Both the position numbers and the translations under genes were made by a program. A stretch of DNA of 64,000 bases, taken from contig CAVOVB010000003.1 in assembly GCA_963699755.1 (NCBI GenBank), forward strand, positions 576,001 through 640,000. Reading direction: 5' to 3'. A model generated the notes under the pieces. That model had not been told where the DNA came from, did not search any database, and worked only from the letters and a program-made list of their open reading frames with translations. Positions 1-8,564 of this stretch are shown piece after piece. Position 1 is the stretch's first letter. Each line of letters begins with the position of its first letter. Origin of the DNA: an uncultured delta proteobacterium. Lineage in GTDB: Bacteria > Myxococcota_A > Polyangia > Polyangiales > Houyiibacteriaceae.

Positions 1-26
1 AAGCCACCGGCGGCAGCGAACCGCAG

Positions 27-1025
27 CTAGCCGAGGCGGATGCGGGGGTCGAGTGAGGCTACTGCAATGTCCGCCAAGAGATTGCCGACCTGGACCGCGA
101 TGCCGAACATCAAGACGACCGCCATGATCACCGGCGCGTCGAGCGACTCGATCGCCTCGATCGTGAGAAGCCCGAGACCCGGCCAGGCGAAGATCTTTTC
201 GGTGATGATCGCGCCGCCAACCAGGAACGGGAGGCTCAAGCCGATCAGGGTTGCGATGGGAAGCAGGGCGTTACGAATGGCGTGCTTGATGATCACCTGG
301 CGCAGCGGCATGCCCTTGGCTTTGGCTGTGCGCACGTGGTCGTGCCGCAGGGTCTCGATGAGCTCGCCGCGCATGACGCGCGCATAGGTCGCCGCGCCCG
401 CAATCGCGAGAACCAGGGCGGGCAGTAGGGCGTGATAAATGTGATCCACGGGATCGACGCCGTAGCCCCCGAAAGGGAACCAACCCAATAGGAACGCGAA
501 GAGTAGGAGCGCGATCGGGCCGGTGACGTAGGTGGGCAAGCTAATACCGACGAAGGTCGCAAACATAATCGCGGTATCAGACCAGCGGTTGCGTCGAAGG
601 GCTGCAAAGATCCCCGCGCTGAGCCCGATAAACAGCTCGAACAATACCGCGAGCGAAGCGAGAAGCAGCGTGCGTGGAAGACGATGGCCGATGACTCGGG
701 CCACCGATTCGTGGTGCGAGTACGATTCGCCGAGATCTCCTTGAAGGATGCCGCAGAAGCCGGGCGAGCCGTCCTCGCGATCGTACTTCGGCGAGTCCTT
801 GCGGATACAGGGCATCAGGCCGAGGTAGCTCATGAACTGCTCGGGGACCGGCCGGTCGAGGCCCTTTTTGGCTTTGAAGTCCGCGATTTGCTCGGCTCGG
901 GCCTGGGGTCCTAGGATGGTCACCGCTGGATCGCCCGCCACGAAGATCAAAAAGAAGACCAGGGTCACGACCGACATGATCACCAGCACGCCCCAGATGG
1001 CACGTTGCGCGACGAAACGCATCAT
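27..1025 (-). CDS. Peptide/nickel ABC transporter permease (DppB/OppB family)
   Basis: GDLGESY, RLPRTLLLA, EAA-like loop (VRTAKAKG...KHAIRNA), TEKIFAWPGLG, C-terminal LDPRIR. ATG at 1025 overlaps the upstream stop (ATGA). Confidence 0.92.
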   Translation of the reverse strand: MMRFVAQRAIWGVLVIMSVVTLVFFLIFVAGDPAVTILGPQARAEQIADFKAKKGLDRPVPEQFMSYLGLMPCIRKDSPKYDREDGSPGFCGILQGDLGESYSHHESVARVIGHRLPRTLLLASLAVLFELFIGLSAGIFAALRRNRWSDTAIMFATFVGISLPTYVTGPIALLLFAFLLGWFPFGGYGVDPVDHIYHALLPALVLAIAGAATYARVMRGELIETLRHDHVRTAKAKGMPLRQVIIKHAIRNALLPIATLIGLSLPFLVGGAIITEKIFAWPGLGLLTIEAIESLDAPVIMAVVLMFGIAVQVGNLLADIAVASLDPRIRLG

Positions 1026-2755
1026 GGCGCGGCCTCGTCTTGGTAGATCGCTTGACTGACGCGCTTCCTTGGCAGGTCTAGCCATACGTTTCGATATTCG
1101 TTGAGCCAGACCGGGTGAGGGCGGAAGCCCTTTACGTACGGTTGCCAGGCAAACATGTCGACCGGGTAATAGAGGAAGGCCCAGGGTGCGTCTCGGGCGA
1201 GGATCGCATTGGCTTTGGCGTAGAGCGCGAGCCTCAGCTCGCGGTCGACTTCGGCCCGCGCGCGGTCGAGGATCGCATCGAGCTCGTTGTTTCGGTAGAA
1301 GGATCGGTTCTCGGAGTTCTCTGGATGGATCGAACGGCTATGGAAGAGGATATCCATGAAGTTCGATGGGTCCGGGAAGTCTTGATGCCAGCCGGTGAAG
1401 GCGGCCTGGGCGACACGCGGCCTGCCGGTCTCCTTCAGATAAGTCGCGAACGAGACCATCTTCAAGTCCATCTCGATGCCGATGGCTTTGAGGTCTTGCT
1501 GAAAGAGCTGCGCGACCTGGACCTCGCCTTCTCCGCGCACCCAGAGGGTCACCGGCTGAGCTGGGCCGTCGGGGAGACCTGCCAAGCGCATTTGCTCCTT
1601 GGCTCGCTCGAGATCGAAGGTCTGCTTCTCTGGAAGCTCAGCATCGTACGGGGCGAGCATCGGTGGCAGGACCTGGCCAGCTGCGATGACTTGACCCGGG
1701 TCGAGCCGCTCTAGCTTCGAGCGGTCGATTGCGAAAGCGACGGCGCGTCGCACATGCACGTTGTCGAAGGGAGGTAGCTCGCAGTTTAGGCCCAGCGCGA
1801 AGACTGCAGCGCTCGGTGCCTCCGCTCGATAAGGCGCCCAGGGCTCCGATGCCCGGAGGAATAGCCGGTTCACTTTGCTCGGCCGGTAGATGATGTCGAG
1901 GTCACCATTGCGAAAGCGGGCGCTCGCCACGTCGGCTGAGATGTTTTCGAGAAAGATCATCCGATCGGGGCGCGCTTGGGGCGCCCAATATTGTTCGAAG
2001 CGTTCGAGGTCGACTTGAACGCCGCGCTCCCAGCCCGAGAACGCGAAGGGGCCCGCGCCGACCGGGTGACGTCCCACCGCATCGCGACCTTCGGCTTCTT
2101 CGAGCTTCTCGACATGTTCCTTGGCGAGCGGGTACGCAAAAGGCATGGCGAGCGCGTTTAGGAAAGTCTGGTCGGCTTCATCGAGACGAAACTCGATCGT
2201 TTTGTCATCGATCACGACGATCCCTTCGATGCGCTCGACTTCACCCTTGTGGTAGGCAGGCGCGCCGACGATCGATTTGTAGAACGGGTAGCCCGGTGAG
2301 CCGATCGCCTTGGAGAGCAATCGGTGCAGCGACCAAGAGATGTCATCGGCGAGGATTTCCCTGCCGTTGTGAAACTTGATGCCGTCGCGAAGCCTGAAAC
2401 GAAAGACTCGGCCCGCATTTGAGATCGCGGGCAGGTCAGCGGCGAGGCTCGGAATCATGTTCCCATCGTAGTCATAGTCGAGCAGGCCGTCGTAGAGCAA
2501 CCGGCACGCTGCGGTCGAAAGCGTGTCGTATGCGAAGTGTGGATCAAGGGTGTGAATGTTGCTGCCGGCTGAAAAGATCAGGGTTCCACCGGGCTGTGGC
2601 GTCTGGTGCCCGGCGCCGACGTAGCGTGGGCCGAGCGGGGCCTTTGGGAACCGCGCGACGACCCAGGCGATCAGGAGGATGGTGATAAGGAGCAGCATCG
2701 CGCCTCCGATCGAGCGCTGAGGGCTTCGCGGCTTAGTCCTTGGGATCGAACGCAT
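1022..2755 (-). CDS. Peptide ABC transporter substrate-binding protein (family 5, DppA/OppA-like)
   Basis: TLDPH...LLYDGLL, FRLRDGIKFHNG, PVGAGPF, VRRAVAFAIDR. N-terminal hydrophobic anchor. Start uncertain (2755 or about 2698). Confidence 0.9.
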   Translation of the reverse strand: MRSIPRTKPRSPQRSIGGAMLLLITILLIAWVVARFPKAPLGPRYVGAGHQTPQPGGTLIFSAGSNIHTLDPHFAYDTLSTAACRLLYDGLLDYDYDGNMIPSLAADLPAISNAGRVFRFRLRDGIKFHNGREILADDISWSLHRLLSKAIGSPGYPFYKSIVGAPAYHKGEVERIEGIVVIDDKTIEFRLDEADQTFLNALAMPFAYPLAKEHVEKLEEAEGRDAVGRHPVGAGPFAFSGWERGVQVDLERFEQYWAPQARPDRMIFLENISADVASARFRNGDLDIIYRPSKVNRLFLRASEPWAPYRAEAPSAAVFALGLNCELPPFDNVHVRRAVAFAIDRSKLERLDPGQVIAAGQVLPPMLAPYDAELPEKQTFDLERAKEQMRLAGLPDGPAQPVTLWVRGEGEVQVAQLFQQDLKAIGIEMDLKMVSFATYLKETGRPRVAQAAFTGWHQDFPDPSNFMDILFHSRSIHPENSENRSFYRNNELDAILDRARAEVDRELRLALYAKANAILARDAPWAFLYYPVDMFAWQPYVKGFRPHPVWLNEYRNVWLDLPRKRVSQAIYQDEAAP

Positions 2756-3587
2756 CTCGCAGCCCTTCTCCAAAGAGGTTGAAGCCAAACACAGCCATGC
2801 TGATCAGGACGGCCGGATAGAGGGTCAGCCGCGGGACGCCGAGGAGCAGCGACTGGCTGTCGTTGAGCATTGAGCCCCAGCTTGCGGTCGGCGGTCGAAC
2901 ACCGAGGCCAAGAAACGAGAGCGCGCTTTCCGCGATGATCATGCGAGCGACAAGAATCGTCGCGATAGCGATGATCGGACCGATGACGTTCGGAAGTACG
3001 TGTCGCGCAAGGATTCGGACGTGACGCAGGCCAAGGGCCCGGGCTGCCTGAATGTAGTCTAGCTCGCGTGCCTCCATCGTCTTGGCTCGCGTGACGCGTG
3101 CGAGGGTTGTCCACGAGAGCACGCCGAGCACAATGCAGATCGTCCAGATTCCCGGCGCATCCCAGACGCGTTGCATCACGATGGCGATCAAGAGAAAGGG
3201 CATCGAGAGGACGACGTCGACGAGCCGCATCAAAAACGTGTCAACTCGACCGCCGATGTAGCCCGACAAGAGGCCGAGGGCGACCCCGATCAGCACCGCC
3301 AGCGCGGTCGCGAGGTAGGCCACCAGCATCGAGACTCGGGCGCCGCTCAGAAGCCGGCTCAGCTCGTCCCGGGCGAGGACATCGCCCCCGAGCCAATGAC
3401 CCGGTACGACCCCTGGGCCGGCCGGAAGGCCGTTTGGCAGAAGAAGACTGTCGGTGAGCTGCTCCACCGGGTCGAATGGCGCCAACCAGGGCCCCAAGAG
3501 GCCTAGCGCGGTCACCGCGACGACCAGGACCAGGCCGACCAGAGCCCCCTTGTTCCGCCGAAATCGTCGAAACGCCCGTGAATCCAT
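2733..3587 (-). CDS. Peptide ABC transporter permease (DppC/OppC family)
   Basis: HWLGGDVLARD, YIQAARALG, HVLPNV, ESALSFLGLG, GEGLRDAFDP. Confidence 0.93.
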   Translation of the reverse strand: MDSRAFRRFRRNKGALVGLVLVVAVTALGLLGPWLAPFDPVEQLTDSLLLPNGLPAGPGVVPGHWLGGDVLARDELSRLLSGARVSMLVAYLATALAVLIGVALGLLSGYIGGRVDTFLMRLVDVVLSMPFLLIAIVMQRVWDAPGIWTICIVLGVLSWTTLARVTRAKTMEARELDYIQAARALGLRHVRILARHVLPNVIGPIIAIATILVARMIIAESALSFLGLGVRPPTASWGSMLNDSQSLLLGVPRLTLYPAVLISMAVFGFNLFGEGLRDAFDPKD

Positions 3588-3719
3588 GCGCTTGCACCGA
3601 GGTACTGGGTTCAGGGGATCCCGTCAATTTCCGCCCTCAAATCCGATCGCGAGGCTGACCAATCGATCCCAGATTACAGGTCTAATCGACCGGGGTTGAG
3701 CTATTTGGCCCTGAAAAGC

Positions 3720-3806
3720 TTGAAATTTCAAACTCTTGTAGGTTCATGCATTTTAGTGTTGACCAAATTATTTTGAATAGAATACATTCTCTATAAGTTA
3801 TTCAAA
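3720..3806 (+). promoter_or_regulatory. AT-rich divergent promoter region with palindromic operator-like sites
   Basis: TTGACC (3759-3764), 18 nt, TACATT (3783-3788). Palindromes TTGAAATTTCAA (3720-3731), AGAAT-AC-ATTCT (3779-3790) and TTTGAATA...TATTCAAA (3772-3779/3799-3806). Confidence 0.6.
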
Positions 3807-4366
3807 TGACTCTACCTAGGGGACACGAGCGGAGACATGGAGAATCGGAGGCCAGGACCTGGTCCGACGAGGAGCTCGAGGCGATCGAACGGGCGCACGC
3901 CGAAGGGATGAGCGTCCAGCAGATCGTCGAGACGTTCACCGCCCGTGGCTCCCGACTCACCGAAGCCACCTTCCGCAAGTACGTGCAGCTCGGCCTATTG
4001 CCGCGAAGCGTGCGGGTCGGTCGCAAGGGCAAGCACCGAGGCTCGCAGGGCCTCTATCCGGCGACTGCGGTTCGCCAAATCGATCACATCCGCCGCCTCA
4101 TGCATCAGGGGTTCACGATGGAGGAAATCCACAAGGAGTTCCTCTTCGTTCGTGGCGACATCGACGCACTGAGGCGGCAGCTCAAGCGTGTGTACCAGGC
4201 GATTGAAGACGCCGTGCACGAGCAAGAGCGCGAAGGCGCCAACGACGCGACGGTCGGCGATGCGCTCAACGATGTTCGCGAGCTCGGTTCAGAGCTCGTT
4301 CAGAAGCTCGAGGCTATCGAGCGGCGCCTGACGATGCGGGCCCGCATGGCGCGGGCAGCGGTCTAA
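3806..4366 (+). CDS. MerR-like HTH transcriptional regulator (myxobacterial type)
   Basis: [14 protein letters not shown]...GLY...[14 protein letters not shown] winged-HTH pattern, followed by a coiled-coil C-terminus. Confidence 0.75.
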   Translation: MTLPRGHERRHGESEARTWSDEELEAIERAHAEGMSVQQIVETFTARGSRLTEATFRKYVQLGLLPRSVRVGRKGKHRGSQGLYPATAVRQIDHIRRLMHQGFTMEEIHKEFLFVRGDIDALRRQLKRVYQAIEDAVHEQEREGANDATVGDALNDVRELGSELVQKLEAIERRLTMRARMARAAV

Positions 4367-4389
4367 GAGGTTTGAGGGGGAGAGGTGTC

Positions 4390-4917
4390 ATGAAGGACGC
4401 AGCAAGCGCAGACGTGGTCGACAGTGAAGCCAATCCGGACGAGGAGCGCGAATCACTCGCAGACGCGCTCGGCGAGCCGGGTTCAGAAGAGCGCCGGGGT
4501 CGTAGGAAGCGCCGTTCGCGCGCGCGCGCCAGGACGATTTCCATTCGCCGTTTGAGCAAGGCGGAGCTCAACCGCGGTAAGGAGCTCTATCCTGAATCCG
4601 ACTACTGGAAGCCGACGAGCCGCTCCGAGTGCAAGGAGATGGAGCGGCCGTGCCCCTTCGTCTCGTGCAAGTACCACCTGTACATCGACGTCCATCCGGT
4701 GCGTGGGTCGATCAAGCTCAACTTCCCCGACGTCGAGATCTGGGAGATGACCGAGACCTGCGCGCTCGATGTAGCCGACCGTGGCGGCATCACCCTCGAA
4801 GAGGTGGGCGAGATCATGAACCTCACGCGCGAGCGCGTTCGCCAGGTCGAGACGGCGGGGCTCGCTCGCCTTCAGGAATACCGCGACGTCGATCGTCTCA
4901 AAGACTACGTGACCTAA
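4390..4917 (+). CDS. Sigma-70 region-4-type HTH DNA-binding protein with Cys/His cluster
   Basis: C-terminal [20 protein letters not shown] is a sigma-4 [14 protein letters not shown] precedes it. No sigma regions 2/3. Confidence 0.8.
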   Translation: MKDAASADVVDSEANPDEERESLADALGEPGSEERRGRRKRRSRARARTISIRRLSKAELNRGKELYPESDYWKPTSRSECKEMERPCPFVSCKYHLYIDVHPVRGSIKLNFPDVEIWEMTETCALDVADRGGITLEEVGEIMNLTRERVRQVETAGLARLQEYRDVDRLKDYVT

Positions 4918-4942
4918 AGGCCACTCCAACAACAGCAGGGGG

Positions 4943-4975
4943 AGGGTGCCGCCGATGGGCGGCACCCTTTTTATT
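4943..4975 (+). terminator. Rho-independent terminator
   Basis: AGGGTGCCGCC-GATG-GGCGGCACCCT perfect stem followed by a T-rich tract, just after the stop at 4917. Confidence 0.85.
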
Positions 4976-5289
4976 TAATTGAGCGAGTGCTCGGGTGGCT
5001 TCTTGGCCCAGATCGATTCCCAGCCGGTTCGATACCGATCGTTCGCTACCTTCGCGGGCCGCCCCGTTGGTGCGCGAGCCCCGTGTTGCACCTCGGCGTC
5101 GAAAAGCATCGGCGAATCCTCGCGCGGCTTGAGTCGGACGACTTCACCATGGATGGGTTTCCCGTCCTCGAGTGGACGGAGACGCCCAGCCTCGATTCCT
5201 TCGCCTCGCTGGCGAAGTACGTGATAACCATCCCCGTCGTCGGCCCTGCCATAGACAAACACGACGTCTTGAGGCTTCTGAGCGCTCAT
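4975..5289 (-). CDS. Small hypothetical protein
   Basis: 104 aa, ATG start, globular composition (DVVFVYG...EDGKPIHGEVVRLKPR...YRTGWESIW), converging on the terminator. Confidence 0.7.
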   Translation of the reverse strand: MSAQKPQDVVFVYGRADDGDGYHVLRQRGEGIEAGRLRPLEDGKPIHGEVVRLKPREDSPMLFDAEVQHGARAPTGRPAKVANDRYRTGWESIWAKKPPEHSLN

Positions 5290-5709
5290 GACCGATCAAT
5301 AAGTCCGCTTGCTGTCGAAGTCTAGTCCTCCTCGAGCTCTCTAATTTTCGGGCCTGGATGCCCCGTGCCTGCCTCTTTGAGGGCCGCACCTAACGAAAAT
5401 GATGCCAGTTGATCGCAAGGCGAGGTTTGGGAGCGTCGATTCTCGTCGAGGTGCCGAGCGCATGTAGTGGTAGCCCGGGCGGAGGGGAGGGGACGAGCTT
5501 CCTCGATGGACGGCTCTACATCGCCCTCCTCGCCGCCGGCAAGGTAGCGGGCCTGAGCGCGGATGATGACTGGGCAACCGCTGCTGTCGAAACCGCGCCG
5601 GCGATGGAATTGACTCCGGTTCCGGATCTTCAACGTCGATCTCGAGTCCTCTGAATAGGCGGCCGAGCACTTGTCAGTAGGGACTCCTTTTCGTACGGTG
5701 CGCGCCATC

Positions 5710-8037
5710 GTGAATCGGATAGCTTTCCTTTCGCTTGCCTGCCTGATCAGCGCCGCTCCGGCCTCGGCTCAGGATGCGGCCTGTCCGTCGGGCAACCTCA
5801 TTGCCGGCAAGTCACCCATCGCCCAGCCAGGCGTGACTCACCCGGAGCGCCTGACCGACGGGCTCGCCGCCCAGGAAGGCGACCCTTGGCAGAGCGAGCT
5901 CACCTCGGTGTTTGCCGACGTCCGCAGCCAGGTCGTCTATGATCTCGGTGCCACGACACGCGTCACCGCGGTCGATGTTCAGGGCGACAACAACGACGTG
6001 TACATCGTCGAGCTCTCGGACGATGCACAAAGCTTCAGAGCACTCTGGATGGCCGACCCCGCTCCGGGTGCAGGCATGCGACGAAGGGGCAGCCGGGGCC
6101 TCAGCGGGCAGGGCCGATACCTACGCATTCGCGCGCAGGGTGGGGACGGGTACTACAGCTTGAGCGAGGTGCTTGCCTTCTGTGAGCCGCCCGCCGCCTG
6201 GCCGCCCGCCGTCCAGGTGAAGAGCACCTCGAGTTGGTGGTGGAACAAGCTCCTCGAGAAGCGTGACCATCGGTATCGCTTGGCGGTCGCGGTACTCGGC
6301 TTGCTGTTTTTCATCGCGCTCTTTCGGATCGACGAAAGCAAGAAGGCCCTCTGGGGCGCATCGGCGCTCTCCGTCGCGATGCTCGGGATCTCGAGTTACC
6401 GGCTATACGGCGCGAGGCTCGCGCCCTGGTTTGCGGACTCGGGGGTCTATGCACTCGCGGTGCTGGTGCTGGGCTGGGCCGCCCGCGGCATCTGGCTTGC
6501 GAAGCAGCGCCAAGACGCCCGCCAGTGGTTGGTGCACGGCGCGCTTCTCTGGGTGATCGTCGCGAGCGCCACGGCCTGGGTAAACTTCGGGGTGTTTCAC
6601 ACCTCGAGAATCGTCCACTATTGGGATACCTTTCACTATTACGTCGGCTCCAAGTACTTTGAAGAGAACGAGTACGAGCGACTCTACCAATGCGTGCTCG
6701 CAGCTGACTACGAGGAACGCGGGGAAGCCGATCTCGGGAAGCGAAAGATCCGCGACCTGGTCGACAACCGCCTTCACTACGTCAGCAAAGACGACGCGCT
6801 TCGCTATCAGAAGACCTGCGCGGAGCACTTCTCGCCCGAACGCTGGGAGGCCTTTCGCTATGATGCGCGCGCGTTCCGCACGGTCATGGGGTCGGGCTGG
6901 TGGAAAGACATGTTGATGGATCACGGCTACAACGCGAGCCCGATCTCCAACATGGTGGCTGCGTTCCTGACGAACATCGGCTGGCAGGAGCAGGTTCCCA
7001 AGGTCTCGTCCAATCGAGTGGCACCCGAGGATCTGAAGACGTTTCGAAAACGGATACTCCGCTACACGATGATCGACCTAGCCCTCTACGCGGGTGCGTT
7101 TCTAATGATCTTTTGGGCCTTTGGACTCCGCGCGACCGCGCTCTCGGTGCTCGTCTGGGGGACCGGCTACCCCTGGGCATACTTCTGGACGGGCGGAAGC
7201 TTCGCGCGCGTCCCCTGGCTCTTCATGGCGGTTGCCGCCGTAGCGCTCTTGAAGCGCGGCTACCCGCTGTTGTCTGGCTTCGCGCTTTCGTGGAGCGCGC
7301 TCTTGCGTTTGTTCCCCGCGGCGCTCGCCGGAGGTCCGATCGCAGCAGTCGTCGATCGGTTCGTTCGTCGAAAGAAGATCGATCGCCCCTGGCTGGATTC
7401 GAGCGACAAGCGATTTATCGTCGGTGGCGTCCTCGGCCTGCTCGTGCTCTGTACGGCGAGCGTCGCGGTCAACGGGATGGACGCACACCCGCAGTTTCTC
7501 ACCAACACGTTGAAGCACAGCGAGACGCCGCTGACCAATCACATGGGGCTTCCGACGATTCTGTCATACAAGCCGAGCAAGGTCGGCCGTTTCACGAAGG
7601 ACGGGAGCCTCGAAGATCCTTGGGCCAAGTGGAAACAAGCGCGCAAGGAAACAAAGCACGACCGTCGCTGGCTTCACGGGCTCCTCCTGCTCGGCATGTT
7701 CGTCTTGCTTGCGCTTGCGGGCCGGCGGCTCGCACCATGGGCGGTGCTCGCCGGGAGCACGATCCTGATCATCGGCTTCTTCGAGCTGACATGTTACTAC
7801 TACAGCTTCGTCGTCGTGATGGCTCCGCTGGCGATCGAGCGCCTGCGTTATACGGTGGCGCTCGTCTTGATGGTCATCGCGGGGGTGATGCTGCAGTTCT
7901 TCATAGGCTGGTATGACGAGCAGTACATCTGGGAGACGGTCGCAGTACTCCTCGGGCTCAGTTACATCCTGGTCGACGTCGTGAAGGATCCGCTCCCCGA
8001 CGCTTCGCCCGCGTCAGCAGCCTATCGAACGGCGTAG
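5710..8037 (+). CDS. Polytopic membrane protein: N-terminal discoidin/F5-8C-like domain plus GT-C-like membrane domain
   Basis: Signal peptide (...APASAQD), GRYLRIRAQG...YSLSEV discoidin-like strand, many TM helices, HYWDTFHYYVGSKYF, DHGYNASP, LLRLFP. Confidence 0.65.
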   Translation: MNRIAFLSLACLISAAPASAQDAACPSGNLIAGKSPIAQPGVTHPERLTDGLAAQEGDPWQSELTSVFADVRSQVVYDLGATTRVTAVDVQGDNNDVYIVELSDDAQSFRALWMADPAPGAGMRRRGSRGLSGQGRYLRIRAQGGDGYYSLSEVLAFCEPPAAWPPAVQVKSTSSWWWNKLLEKRDHRYRLAVAVLGLLFFIALFRIDESKKALWGASALSVAMLGISSYRLYGARLAPWFADSGVYALAVLVLGWAARGIWLAKQRQDARQWLVHGALLWVIVASATAWVNFGVFHTSRIVHYWDTFHYYVGSKYFEENEYERLYQCVLAADYEERGEADLGKRKIRDLVDNRLHYVSKDDALRYQKTCAEHFSPERWEAFRYDARAFRTVMGSGWWKDMLMDHGYNASPISNMVAAFLTNIGWQEQVPKVSSNRVAPEDLKTFRKRILRYTMIDLALYAGAFLMIFWAFGLRATALSVLVWGTGYPWAYFWTGGSFARVPWLFMAVAAVALLKRGYPLLSGFALSWSALLRLFPAALAGGPIAAVVDRFVRRKKIDRPWLDSSDKRFIVGGVLGLLVLCTASVAVNGMDAHPQFLTNTLKHSETPLTNHMGLPTILSYKPSKVGRFTKDGSLEDPWAKWKQARKETKHDRRWLHGLLLLGMFVLLALAGRRLAPWAVLAGSTILIIGFFELTCYYYSFVVVMAPLAIERLRYTVALVLMVIAGVMLQFFIGWYDEQYIWETVAVLLGLSYILVDVVKDPLPDASPASAAYRTA

Positions 8038-8050
8038 CATGAAGTGCCGC

Positions 8051-8079
8051 TTGCAAGCCTTGGCGACCGGCCTTACCTT
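8051..8079 (+). promoter_or_regulatory. Sigma70-type promoter of rnpB
   Basis: TTGCAA, 17 nt, TACCTT, directly upstream of the RNase P RNA 5' end. Confidence 0.65.
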
Positions 8080-8085
8080 CAGTCC

Positions 8086-8467
8086 GTTAGACAGGTTCAC
8101 GTGATCGCTGGTGTGTATTTGCACACGGGAGGAAAGTCCGAGCTTCATAGGGCAGGATGCCAGGTAACGCCTGGTGGGGGCGACCCCGAGGAAAGTGCCA
8201 CAGAAAGCAAACCGCCTCGCCGCCGAAAGGCCGCGCGGTAAGGGTGAAAGGGTGAGGTAAGAGCTCACCGGGCCGGCGGTAACGTCGGTCGCATGGCAAA
8301 CCCCATCCGAAGCAAGACGAAATAGGGAGACGTCGAGGGTAGTCCCGCCCAAGTCTCCGGGTAGCGTCGCTCGAGGCCGATGGTGACATCGGTCCCAGAA
8401 GAATGACCACGACCCGCGGTTCGGCGACGAGCGCGGGCTACAGAACTCGGCTTACGAACCCTCTAAC
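8086..8467 (+). ncRNA. rnpB: RNase P RNA (bacterial type A)
   Basis: Universal motifs GAGGAAAGTCC, GGAAAGTGCCACAGAAA, GGTAAGAGCTCACC, GGCAAACCCC, ACAGAACTCGGCTTA. P1 pairing GTTAGA..GGTTC / GAACC.TCTAAC. Confidence 0.97.
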
Positions 8468-8505
8468 CACGGCGCCTCGCTCAGCGGGGCGCCGTGCTGT
8501 TTTTT
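8468..8505 (+). terminator. Terminator downstream of rnpB
   Basis: CACGGCGCCTCGC-TCA-GCGGGGCGCCGTG hairpin followed by GTTTTTT. Confidence 0.75.
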
Positions 8506-8564
8506 GGGGCCTTCTGCGTCGTTCGATTCGGCCGGAGTCGCCACGTGGCGGTACTCCGCTGCCG

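Noticed and set aside
27..3587. ABC transporter lacking ATPase genes
   Set aside because: The operon runs to the left edge of the window, so the ATPases may lie just outside or elsewhere.
8014..8410. Short ORFs over 8.0-8.4 kb
   Set aside because: They overlap the RNase P RNA gene.
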